Shown here piece after piece: positions 19,601 through 27,056 of a stretch of DNA of 32,000 nucleotides. The stretch comes from an uncultured bacterium (GTDB taxonomy: Bacteria; Auribacterota; JACPWU01). The notes beneath the pieces are model-generated. The model was not told the DNA's origin. It saw only the letters and a list, made by a program, of their open reading frames with translations, and searched no databases. How positions within the stretch are numbered: the first letter of the stretch is position 1; each line of letters opens with the position of its first letter. The position numbers and the translations under genes are program-made. The DNA lies in the NCBI GenBank assembly GCA_964640155.1, contig CAZXEQ010000005.1:1-32000 (forward strand), read 5' to 3'.

Positions 19601-19675
19601 GCATTAGAACTAGAACCTCAAAACTCAGAAGCAAAGCGTAATTTAGAGAAAATGGCTCAAAAACTAAATGATTGA
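16655..19675 (+). CDS. Fused polytopic membrane domain / spermidine-synthase-like methyltransferase fold / C-terminal TPR protein
   Basis: 1006 aa. About 12 predicted TM segments are followed by a VFVIGLGTGIT..DCIISEPSNPW aminopropyltransferase-like core and TPR repeats (AYNNLGAVY, AHLNLGYC, AYNGLGVV). TTG start overlaps the rpsT end by 11 nt. Confidence 0.8.
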   Translation: MLPKKTLFILVGGYFFSGACALVSEIVWARQIQIFLGSSTLSVSAILITFMSGITLGSYSLGRSLKSSKHPLLLYCFLEAGIGLLTLFLLWFYPFLLSSLHLSTIWRYFLTIILFSIPTFLMGGTFPILNEVCKKLSATEKNWPAILYGYNVLGGTLGALMGGFFLIYHLGLKHTLILTSSINLSIACVSALIYKKASNASPHIETFYKSNPSQKLQPNVGMFCLFIVGFISMMYEVLTTRLLAIVLGSSTYAFTLILTTFLLGLALGNFLLSKISQRTSYPLLWLMGLQVILGFFILTSLCLQDQLPLFFYKLFPIFENSFWSIQGLQFLICTLILLVPTNLIGASFPFLIRIGQSTVTDKYNSLGTLYAINSLGNTFGALLTSLILLPFYGLEKTFKVNAFISIALAALLSFYLPYKKSTRIMLMSGILTISLLLFKIPHLDLKLLTSGISLSSKNYHTLGLSPDRFIKEIAPVKILFSKDGWTSHVTVRKHKKVQSLLINGKVEGSNGQDLQTELLVAHLPLLLHSQTENVFVIGLGTGITLRAIETYPVKTITCVEIEKRVLEASQLFKKHHHNALSDPRLKLMVEDARHVLSSSSEKYDCIISEPSNPWMAGIGSLYTIEMFQEIKNHLNEKGVVCQWVHYYNMSPNDLKTIVRTFQTVFPNSSLWGQAHLSDLFLIGFKDPDQKFQIPNLNLSNPKTRKDLHSIGLSNTKILQALQYLDKEELAAFAGQGKLHTDDLPILEFSAPQALYQDTLSLNLKEILKFRKNRILKHEKAMTFYLQAMENFYNKNEQKYFENLSMAFQKSPKWQSLYQLYENAVYKETQRLFEDKKEREALDLLEKALPFISKSSRIQYTLGFLYQQKEAWEKAKACYQKTVKINPRFAQAYNNLGAVYLQFEENDLAYQSFKKALELDPFYIEAHLNLGYCLLQQKALEAAELEFKLCIGLNSQLASAYNGLGVVLAMQKKFDQATEQFKEALELEPQNSEAKRNLEKMAQKLND

Positions 19676-19691
19676 AACACTCTTATGATGA

Positions 19692-19844
19692 AAAACCTCT
19701 CAAAAAGGTGCCAAACATGTCCTTATAGTCCCCGTAAGGGGATGCAAGGCATCCACAAGCGACTGCGGAGGCGTACGTTTAATGGTACGCCGCACAAAGA
19801 AGCGCAGTGGGTAACGCAGCAGATGGACCTTTTTCAGAGGTTTT
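19692..19844 (+). ncRNA. Candidate structured RNA B: 153-nt multi-helix element 16 nt downstream of the preceding stop codon
   Basis: An 18-position closing stem (17 WC pairs) joins 19692-19709 to 19827-19844. It encloses a core that is 56% GC by hand count. Core hairpins: 19729-19742 (GUAA loop), 19740-19754, 19770-19791, and 19762-19767 paired with 19803-19808. UUUU follows the 3' arm. Strand is assigned from context only. Confidence 0.5.
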
Positions 19845-19876
19845 AATTAATTTGGGATTAAAAACAGACAAAATCT

Positions 19877-19885
19877 TGTTATAGT
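19877..19885 (+). promoter_or_regulatory. Candidate extended -10 promoter for htpX (TGTTATAGT)
   Basis: TGnTATAGT at 19877-19885, about 30 nt upstream of the ATG. AGAGGAG SD at 19901-19907. Confidence 0.35.
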
Positions 19886-19915
19886 GTTAGACATGAATTT
19901 AGAGGAGAAAACACC

Positions 19916-20764
19916 ATGAATGTGACAAAAACAACTTTATTAATGGCTCTTTTAACCGTTCTTTTTGTTTTTGCAGGAGGCGCCGTAGGTGGCCAGCAAG
20001 GGATGGTTTTTGCTTTTCTATTCGCATGTGTCATGAATGTTGTGACCTATTGGTTTTCTCATAAAATTGTTTTGGCCTTGTATCGAGCCAAACCTCTTTC
20101 AGAAAAAGAAGCACCTGAAGTATATGCCATTGTAAGGGATTTAGCGCTTAAAGCTAATATCCCTATGCCTCAACTTTATCTCATTCCTCAAGAAGCACCT
20201 AACGCCTTTGCAACGGGAAGAAACCCAAAGCATGCAGTCGTTGCAGTCACACACGGCATTTTGAATCTCTTAAACAAAGAGGAATTGCGTGGAGTTCTTG
20301 CGCATGAACTTTCTCATGTTAACAATCGTGACATTCTTGTTGGGACTATTGCTGCCACAATTGCAGGAGCCATCAGTATGCTTGCCAATATGGCCCGTTG
20401 GGGAATGATGTTTGGAGGCGGACATCGTGATAACGATCGAAATAATCCTCTGGGCGGTATTCTTGCCATTGTTGTTCTCATTTTTCTACCTATTGCCGCC
20501 ATGCTTATTCAATTGGCTATTTCCAGAACACGTGAATATGGAGCAGATGAAACCGGAGCAAGATTAACAGGTAATCCTTTAAGTTTAGCGAATGCTCTAA
20601 GAAAGTTACAATCTTACTCTCAACGAATTCCCATGCAAGCCAATCCAGCAACTGCTCATATGTTTATCGTCAATCCTCTCAGTGGCAAAAGTTTATTAAA
20701 ACTTTTTAGCACCCATCCACCCTTGGAAGATCGAATTGCACGTTTGGAACAAATGGCACGGTAA
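19916..20764 (+). CDS. htpX: Zinc metalloprotease HtpX (M48 family)
   Basis: 282 aa with an N-terminal TM pair, a HELSH zinc motif, and conserved REYGADE and [10 protein letters not shown] motifs. Confidence 0.92.
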   Translation: MNVTKTTLLMALLTVLFVFAGGAVGGQQGMVFAFLFACVMNVVTYWFSHKIVLALYRAKPLSEKEAPEVYAIVRDLALKANIPMPQLYLIPQEAPNAFATGRNPKHAVVAVTHGILNLLNKEELRGVLAHELSHVNNRDILVGTIAATIAGAISMLANMARWGMMFGGGHRDNDRNNPLGGILAIVVLIFLPIAAMLIQLAISRTREYGADETGARLTGNPLSLANALRKLQSYSQRIPMQANPATAHMFIVNPLSGKSLLKLFSTHPPLEDRIARLEQMAR

Positions 20765-20793
20765 AGACCGTAGATCGTAAAAAATAAAATATT

Positions 20794-21591
20794 CTAACGA
20801 TTCTGATCTACAAGCTCTTGAGCACTTTTTTCGCCTATTTCAATTGATTCTTTAGCTTTGCGAAAATCATATAGCTGAACATGATCAATAGAGGGTCGAA
20901 TCAAATAGTCTGGAGGATTTTGTAACAAAGTTAATTCTGCAATTCTTGATTCCATCATGTAGAGACTACGCAAAAGAGTATCACTCATTAAAAAAACCCC
21001 ATTCAACGATTTACGAGGCATCATTTTGACACGCGTAGTTACATCCACAGCAATAACCGAAGCTTTACTCAATTGACGAACCTGATATACAGGAACAGGA
21101 TCAGAAAGACCTCCATCAATTAAAAACTGTCCTTCTATTTCTTTAGGCTGAAAGATCCCAGGAATTGAAATACTGGCTCGTACTGCTTCCACAACCGATC
21201 CGTTTTTTAATGCAATTGCTTGGCCTGTCTCTAAATTCGTTGCTGTCACACAAAGAGGAATTTTTAAATCTTCAAATTTTAAATCTCCTAAAATATCTCT
21301 CAAAAAATTTTCGATACGATCCCCTTTTAGAAAGCCCCTCTTAGGCAAAGACAAGTCAAGAAATGTAAGCCATTTCTTCCAATCTATTTTCAAAACAAGT
21401 TTTTCAATTTCAAGAGCGGATAAACCAGAAGCATACAGACAAGCAATTAAAGCCCCCATGCTAGCACCTGAAAGTGCTTCAATACGAAATTTTTCTCTCT
21501 CTAAAACTTTTAAAACTCCAACATGAGCAAAACCACGTGCACCACCAGAACCGAGAGAAAGACAAATAGAGGAAGGCAAATAATCTGACAC
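20794..21591 (-). CDS. Patatin-like phospholipase (RssA/NTE-like)
   Basis: 265 aa with a GSGGARG oxyanion motif, a GASMGA nucleophile elbow (GxSxG) and a DGG catalytic Asp motif. GTG start. Confidence 0.85.
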   Translation of the reverse strand: MSDYLPSSICLSLGSGGARGFAHVGVLKVLEREKFRIEALSGASMGALIACLYASGLSALEIEKLVLKIDWKKWLTFLDLSLPKRGFLKGDRIENFLRDILGDLKFEDLKIPLCVTATNLETGQAIALKNGSVVEAVRASISIPGIFQPKEIEGQFLIDGGLSDPVPVYQVRQLSKASVIAVDVTTRVKMMPRKSLNGVFLMSDTLLRSLYMMESRIAELTLLQNPPDYLIRPSIDHVQLYDFRKAKESIEIGEKSAQELVDQNR

Positions 21592-21597
21592 CTGAGA

Positions 21598-21786
21598 TTA
21601 AACCTTTTTCTCAGGGTTATCTTTTTTTATAAAAACGACATGCATGTAGTTAGCACAATGAGGACATTCAATAATAGAAGTTCTGCGAGTGATTTTTACT
21701 TGAGTTTGACAATGAGGACACTGCGCTTCAGAGTTTTCAGAAACAGGTATAGCAACATAGATCGTACTTTTTGATTTTGGATCCAT
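21598..21786 (-). CDS. Small zinc-ribbon protein
   Basis: 62 aa with two CPHC pairs (CPHCQTQ...CPHCANY). ATG start. Its stop lies 7 nt before the patatin start. Confidence 0.55.
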   Translation of the reverse strand: MDPKSKSTIYVAIPVSENSEAQCPHCQTQVKITRRTSIIECPHCANYMHVVFIKKDNPEKKV

Positions 21787-21848
21787 GTGTTTATTATACT
21801 CTTTTTTTAAAAAACTCCAGATAAGAATTTAATTTTAATCACGATAAC

Positions 21849-21987
21849 ATCGGTGAATAGAGCGTGAAGACCATTGGAGCTCGAGCGAGCATGGAACCCC
21901 GATAAATATCGGGGGAAGCGAGAGCTCCTTTGAGTTCGTTTACCTCGCCGGGGGAAACGAACGTGTCTGAATACTCTATTCACCGAT
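21849..21987 (-). ncRNA. Candidate structured RNA C: 139-nt three-way-junction element
   Basis: A perfect 14-bp closing stem joins 21849-21862 to 21974-21987, extended by AGAC/GUCU (21868-71 with 21965-68). Stem 21876-21882 pairs with 21922-21928 and is capped by the hairpin CCCCGAU-AAAU-AUCGGGG (21897-21914). A separate 8-bp hairpin spans 21934-21962. GC is 52% by hand count. Strand is assigned from flanking gene orientation only. Confidence 0.5.
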
Positions 21988-22005
21988 ATCTATGTAGAAA
22001 ATAGT

Positions 22006-22755
22006 TTACACTTTTATTTCAAGCCCATCTTTGGCCAAAACCACTTTCCCTGAATATATTTTTCGAACAATTTTTAAAATGTTAATTCGATCACTAGGAG
22101 GATAAAAATGGCTCAATACCAATTGTTTAGGAGAAGCTTTTTGAGCTAAATGGGCTGCCTGGGTCGGGGTTAAATGCCCCTTCACTTTCATAGAGTCAGG
22201 GAAAGAACATTCCAGAATAAGAAGATTTACATCTTTGCTTAATTGAATTAAATTTTCTGAAAAATCCGTATCTCCTGAGAACACAACAGATTTTCCTCTT
22301 TCTTCAAAACGAAAAGAAACACTTTCAGCGATATGTTGAGGCTGACAAGTTTTAACAAAAACGCTCCCTATTTTGAACTGACTGCCCCTCATTTCCTTAA
22401 TGATCAATTCATACTTCTTAGGAATCAACCAACCTTGATACGTTTTTGATAAATCATTAAAAAACTTCTTAAACCCAGAACCTCCCACAATCGTTAATTT
22501 CTTACGACGTGAGTTAGTCCCATATTTACTTGCAAATAAGAAAGGAACTAAATCCGTCACATGATCAGGATGAATATGGGTATAAAAAAGTGCATCAATC
22601 TGATTTAACGTATATCCTGCTTGCAATATTCTCGTTAAAGTTCCTGCTCCACTATCTATCAAGAATAAATTTTTATTAGTTTTTAGTAAATAGCCAGGAG
22701 AACCTCGTTCTAAGCAAATAACACCTGTTCCAGAACCAAGGACAATCACCTTCAT
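22006..22755 (-). CDS. MBL-fold metallo-hydrolase
   Basis: HIHPDH (HxHxDH) motif, N-terminal VLGSGTG and C-terminal LSHF. I prefer the start at 22755, an ATGA overlap with the nagZ stop, over the longer ORF start at 22827. Confidence 0.8.
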   Translation of the reverse strand: MKVIVLGSGTGVICLERGSPGYLLKTNKNLFLIDSGAGTLTRILQAGYTLNQIDALFYTHIHPDHVTDLVPFLFASKYGTNSRRKKLTIVGGSGFKKFFNDLSKTYQGWLIPKKYELIIKEMRGSQFKIGSVFVKTCQPQHIAESVSFRFEERGKSVVFSGDTDFSENLIQLSKDVNLLILECSFPDSMKVKGHLTPTQAAHLAQKASPKQLVLSHFYPPSDRINILKIVRKIYSGKVVLAKDGLEIKV

Positions 22756-24263
22756 GAAGACATTCCACAAAGAAGCTGAATTGCTCGATGAATTTGTGGG
22801 GTACGAAATCCGTAAGTTTGAATGCATGTCGTTGAGGAATTAACAAATTGAACATCATAGGGATTTCTTAAAAGAACTACTGCTAGATGAGAGAACTTTT
22901 GCTGAAGTTTCAGCAAAAGTTCTCTCTGAGAAGAAAGATGAACCGCATCGAAGCAAAACATCACTATGGGTGAATTTTTAGAAAGTTTCTCGAGTTTCTC
23001 AGAAAAATTATCTTTGATCAAATCAAACCTTATTTCTTCAACATCATACTTATAAGAATTAAAAGTTTTAGAAAAAAAAGAAGGATTTTCCAAAAGAGTG
23101 GCTTCAAAAAAATATTTGTTCTGTACAGAAGAAAAGTCTGGGATAAGAATTAAAAATTTTTGGTTAGTTGGATGAGAAAGAGGAAAAGAACCTTGATGAA
23201 CAAATTCGACAGATCTTTCAGAAATTTTTTTGGCTAGTTCAGAACCACTCTCTTTTCCAACACTTAAGGGATTCTTTCGTAAATCCTTTAAGACGGTCTT
23301 TAATCTTAAAACACTTTTCTCTAGATTTTCCCATTTAAGTCTCTTCTTTTCATAAGCTTCTTGAAGGGCATTATAACCCTTCTCAACCAAATCTTTCTGA
23401 TGACAGATTAAAACAAGATCATGTCCCACTTCAACTGCTCGGACCACCGCTTCTTCAAATGGGAAACGGCGAAGAATGGCTCCCATTTCTAAATCATCTG
23501 AGAAAATAATATTTTTAAAATTCAATTCTTCCCTTAAAAGTGTTGTCACAATTTTTTTTGAGAAAGTTGCTGGTAATTCTTTCTCAAAAGCGGAATAAAC
23601 CACATGACTGGTCATCACAAATGAAATACCCGAATGAATCGCTTTTTGAAAAGGTTGAAGATGAAGATTTTTCATCTCTTCAAACGAACAATTCACAAAG
23701 GGAAGATCTTCATGAGCATCTACTGTCGCTGCCCCTTTTCCAGGGAAATGCTTCGCCGTTGCCCCTACTCCTTGAGATTGCATTCCTGTCATCAAAGCAC
23801 AGCCCAACTGAGAAACTATTCTTGGATCTTGGCCAAAAGAACGAATTGTAATTCCTGGATTGAGGGTAGGAGTTAAAACATCTAAGACAGGGGCTAAGTT
23901 CACGTCAATCCCCAGCGAGCGAAGTTCATATCCCATGATACGCCCTTGTACTTGCGCCCAAACTTCGGATCCTGCTTTTCCTAAAGCCATATTTCCAGGG
24001 AAAGACGTAAAACCATCTTCAAGCCGCTGCACAAGACCACATTCATGATCAATGGTAAAAAAAACTTCTTCTCCTAAAAGAGTACGAATCTGCTGAATCA
24101 AATTTTTTAATTGAAGAGCAGAGTCAATATTTCTAGAAAAAAAGATAATTCCAGAAGGACGGATTTTTGAAAGAAAAAGTTTTAAATCCTCATTTAAAAC
24201 TTTCCCTTCAAAACCTATCACCAAATGGCACCCCACATGAAGAGAAGTCATCTTAAAATCCAA
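22752..24263 (-). CDS. nagZ: Beta-N-acetylhexosaminidase, glycoside hydrolase family 3, with an extra C-terminal domain
   Basis: 503 aa with KHFPGKG and SDDLEMGA motifs of the GH3 N-terminal domain. The ORF opens with TTG; the ATG at 24251 is an alternative start. Confidence 0.85.
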   Translation of the reverse strand: MDFKMTSLHVGCHLVIGFEGKVLNEDLKLFLSKIRPSGIIFFSRNIDSALQLKNLIQQIRTLLGEEVFFTIDHECGLVQRLEDGFTSFPGNMALGKAGSEVWAQVQGRIMGYELRSLGIDVNLAPVLDVLTPTLNPGITIRSFGQDPRIVSQLGCALMTGMQSQGVGATAKHFPGKGAATVDAHEDLPFVNCSFEEMKNLHLQPFQKAIHSGISFVMTSHVVYSAFEKELPATFSKKIVTTLLREELNFKNIIFSDDLEMGAILRRFPFEEAVVRAVEVGHDLVLICHQKDLVEKGYNALQEAYEKKRLKWENLEKSVLRLKTVLKDLRKNPLSVGKESGSELAKKISERSVEFVHQGSFPLSHPTNQKFLILIPDFSSVQNKYFFEATLLENPSFFSKTFNSYKYDVEEIRFDLIKDNFSEKLEKLSKNSPIVMFCFDAVHLSSQRELLLKLQQKFSHLAVVLLRNPYDVQFVNSSTTCIQTYGFRTPQIHRAIQLLCGMSS

Positions 24264-24283
24264 AAGGACATAAAAAGATATTC

Positions 24284-24799
24284 CTAAATTTTGGATTTTT
24301 GTGTCAGACCATCTGCTCCAAGATCTGCAGGGCTTACAGATGATGGTAATGTAGGGGAAGAATCATCTATTTCAGACTGAGACTCTTGCACTTCAGATTT
24401 TTCAAATGTAGATTGAGAAGATGTTTGAGAAACAGCATCCGAAGCTTCTGATTCTTCCTCTTTTTCCTCAATATCAATGTCTTCCCATTTAACCAATGCA
24501 TCTCCTTCAAAAACCAAACGTTTTCCTTTTGAAACATAGCGAAAATTGACAGGAAATTTTGGTAAAAAGGCATGGTAAGTCCACTGTTCAATAGGAGATC
24601 CCCATTTCGTATCTCCCAAAAATTTTATATGCTCAGGATGTCCCCAACCTGCAATCACTTGATCCTTGGTCATCCCTTGAGTTAAAGAATCTCCTCCCGT
24701 AACCACAGATTCTACATTTAATTTTTTAGTAGGATCTTTAAAGTCACTGCATCCTGAAAACAATATTGTTAACCCCAGTAAACAATAAAAATATTTCAT
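24284..24799 (-). CDS. Lipoprotein with a BamE/SmpA-OmlA-like domain and an acidic Ser/Glu-rich tail
   Basis: Lipobox LFSGC after the MKYFYCLLGLTI signal. GMTKDQVIAGWGHP resembles BamE. A strong AGGAG SD lies 7 nt upstream of the ATG at 24799. The track ORF extends to a TTG at 24823. Confidence 0.7.
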   Translation of the reverse strand: MKYFYCLLGLTILFSGCSDFKDPTKKLNVESVVTGGDSLTQGMTKDQVIAGWGHPEHIKFLGDTKWGSPIEQWTYHAFLPKFPVNFRYVSKGKRLVFEGDALVKWEDIDIEEKEEESEASDAVSQTSSQSTFEKSEVQESQSEIDDSSPTLPSSVSPADLGADGLTQKSKI

Positions 24800-24824
24800 A
24801 CCATTTCTCCTTTTTTTAAACAAT

Positions 24825-26405
24825 TTACATTTTTTTCTGAATTCTCTTTTTTTCTCGTTCAGAAATATCCATCCCTAAAATTTTTTGATAATACTCCTTA
24901 GCCTTCTTACGATCATTCAAATGATCTCGATACAAATCCCCTATCTTTTCAAACACTCCACTATCTTGTGGAGCTAATTCTAAAATCCTTTTCCATATTT
25001 CCAAAGCATCTTGGAACTTCCCATTTGATTCAAAACTCACAGCCAAATGTCTAAGCAAAAAAACATTGAGAGAATCCTTCTCGAGAGCTTTTTGAAACCA
25101 TACAATCGCTTCTTGCGCATCTCCCTTTTTTAAACAAACAAGCCCCAAGTCTCCCATAATCGCTGGAGATGCATTTTTTGAGAGAGCCCTGCGTAAACAG
25201 TAATAAGCTTGATCGTCATTACCTAAATGTAAATGAGAAAGACCCAATTTGCGATAAACTTTATAATAGTTAGGCGCCAGCTTAACTACTTTTTCATAGG
25301 CAATCATGGCTGACATATAATCTTTCTTTTGAAAGTAGGCATTTCCTAAACTATACTGCAAAACTGGATTTTGGGGGTCCAGATCAAGTGCCTTTTGATG
25401 GTATTGAATGGCCTGATCTATTTGTTTCATGCGTCGATATAGAATCGCAATATTATTATACCCCCAAACATTTTTTGGATTCATTTGAACAACTTCTTTA
25501 AAATAGCGTATGGCATCTTCAAATTGTCTCATCTCAAGATAAATAAGACCCATGGAGTTTTTGGTTAATTCATCTGTTGGGTTTGCCTTCAAATATGTCT
25601 GATATTCTAAGATAGCTTGTGGATATTGTCGTTTAAGCTCATAAAGTGCACCTAATTTTCGATGAAGTTCAAGATTTTGAGGATCTAACTCAAGCACTTT
25701 CAAAAAATAAGTTAATGCACTATCATAATTTTTCAAATCAAAGTAATTTTCTGCAAGTAAAAAATCTGTAAGCGCGGGATCCACTTTTTTTTCTATAGCT
25801 TTTTCAATCATTTGCTGTGCCAAATCCCATTTCTTAAATTGACGATAGAAATCCGCTGCACTGAGATAAATTTGAGGGTGATCTGGATTTTGCGATAATG
25901 CCCTTTTAAAAAGAGTGTCTGATTTTTCAAAAACTCCTTTGATTGCAAAAACTTCAGCAACAGCCCAAAGAACTTGCCAATTCTGGGCTCCAAGTTGTTG
26001 GGCTTTTTGAATTTGTACATTGGCTTGTTTTTTAAAGCCTCGTTTTAGAAAAGAAATCCCCAACCAGGCATAGGCCCCTAAATGTTGAGGATTTAAACGT
26101 AAAACCTCCCAAAACTGTTTCATTGCATGTGCATAGTCTTTTTTAGAGAAATAGATTCTGCCTAAATTGAAATAGGCTTCTTCGAAATTAGGATTCTCTT
26201 GAACAGCTTGAGTCCATTCTTGAACAGCCTTATTCCATTGGCCTTCTTGGAAGTAAGTGAGTGCTTGTGCATGATGGGATTTGACTATTTCCTCATCAGC
26301 CAAAACAGGAGATGAGAAAATAGAATAAAGAGATAAGACGATTAGAAAAAAGATCATTTTCTTTTGTACATACACTAAGAAGAGCATCATATTATTTGTC
26401 TTCAA
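24825..26405 (-). CDS. Secreted or membrane-anchored tetratricopeptide-repeat protein
   Basis: 526 aa with an N-terminal hydrophobic signal (…SSPVLA/DEE) followed by more than 10 TPR units (recurrent A..YFNLG/A..Y...L..NP pattern). The start is ambiguous: TTG at 26405, or ATG at 26390 or 26357. Confidence 0.8.
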   Translation of the reverse strand: MKTNNMMLFLVYVQKKMIFFLIVLSLYSIFSSPVLADEEIVKSHHAQALTYFQEGQWNKAVQEWTQAVQENPNFEEAYFNLGRIYFSKKDYAHAMKQFWEVLRLNPQHLGAYAWLGISFLKRGFKKQANVQIQKAQQLGAQNWQVLWAVAEVFAIKGVFEKSDTLFKRALSQNPDHPQIYLSAADFYRQFKKWDLAQQMIEKAIEKKVDPALTDFLLAENYFDLKNYDSALTYFLKVLELDPQNLELHRKLGALYELKRQYPQAILEYQTYLKANPTDELTKNSMGLIYLEMRQFEDAIRYFKEVVQMNPKNVWGYNNIAILYRRMKQIDQAIQYHQKALDLDPQNPVLQYSLGNAYFQKKDYMSAMIAYEKVVKLAPNYYKVYRKLGLSHLHLGNDDQAYYCLRRALSKNASPAIMGDLGLVCLKKGDAQEAIVWFQKALEKDSLNVFLLRHLAVSFESNGKFQDALEIWKRILELAPQDSGVFEKIGDLYRDHLNDRKKAKEYYQKILGMDISEREKKRIQKKM

Positions 26406-26460
26406 TTATTATAGTAAATATCCTATGATTAACCATATATAAAACCAATAGGAAACATTT

Positions 26461-26958
26461 ATGGATGCAAATACCATTGAAGTTGGGACTATTCAGCAAA
26501 AAGCTTTTATTCGCATCAAAGGCCGAGGGGACTTTCTGAATAGTCAAGTTCTCAAAGACTTCGTCAACACGATGATGGAGAAAGGGCTGACTGATTTTCT
26601 CCTAGATCTCAAAGGCTGCAAAACCATGGATAGTACTTTCATGGGAGTTTTAGCCGGAACTGCACTTCAACTAAAAAATCAATATCATAAAACTCTTACT
26701 CTCTTTCATGTTGAAGAGCATAATCTACAACTTCTGACCACACTGGGCATACATATTTTTCTTAATATTGTCCCTGATGAATTTACCCCTTCCACAAAAC
26801 TTCAGGAACTTCCAAACCCTTCCTCCTCCAAAGAAGAACTTGCGCAAGAAATGTTAAAAGCCCATGCTATTTTGATGGAAATTTCTGAAGAAAACAAAGT
26901 CAAATTTAAAGATGTTTATGAATACCTCAAAGAAACCATTAAAAAAGGATCTGCATAA
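26461..26958 (+). CDS. STAS-domain protein (anti-sigma-factor-antagonist-like) with a C-terminal extension
   Basis: 165 aa. LLDLKGCKTMDSTFMGVLAG resembles the SpoIIAA/RsbV phosphorylatable-serine segment. About 55 extra C-terminal residues. Confidence 0.7.
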   Translation: MDANTIEVGTIQQKAFIRIKGRGDFLNSQVLKDFVNTMMEKGLTDFLLDLKGCKTMDSTFMGVLAGTALQLKNQYHKTLTLFHVEEHNLQLLTTLGIHIFLNIVPDEFTPSTKLQELPNPSSSKEELAQEMLKAHAILMEISEENKVKFKDVYEYLKETIKKGSA

Positions 26959-27056
26959 TCAGTTAACTGGTTCGATCGTTCATCTATAGATCGCTGGTTA
27001 GTACATTTCAAAAAAGGAAAATCACCATTAACTTTCCGTTTTTCATCTTACCCTTT

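Noticed and set aside
20758-20771. Small hairpin ACGGU-AAAG-ACCGU spanning the htpX stop codon, as a possible terminator in the convergent htpX/patatin gap.
   Set aside because: The stem is only 5 bp. No U-tract follows on the plus strand, and on the minus strand the U-run precedes the hairpin rather than following it.
19692-21987. MITE / foldback transposon interpretation of elements B and C (terminal inverted repeats of 18 and 14 bp).
   Set aside because: The terminal repeats of A, B, C and D are unrelated in sequence. I see no flanking target-site duplications, and no second copy of any element occurs in the window. This is not excluded genome-wide, so it is retained as an alternative in the family-level finding.
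22756-22827. N-terminal 24-codon extension of the MBL hydrolase ORF (MHSNLRISYPTNSSSNSASLWNVF).
   Set aside because: The extension overlaps the nagZ 3' end. The ATG at 22755 forms an ATGA stop/start overlap and yields the canonical MKVIVLGSGTG N-terminus of MBL hydrolases.
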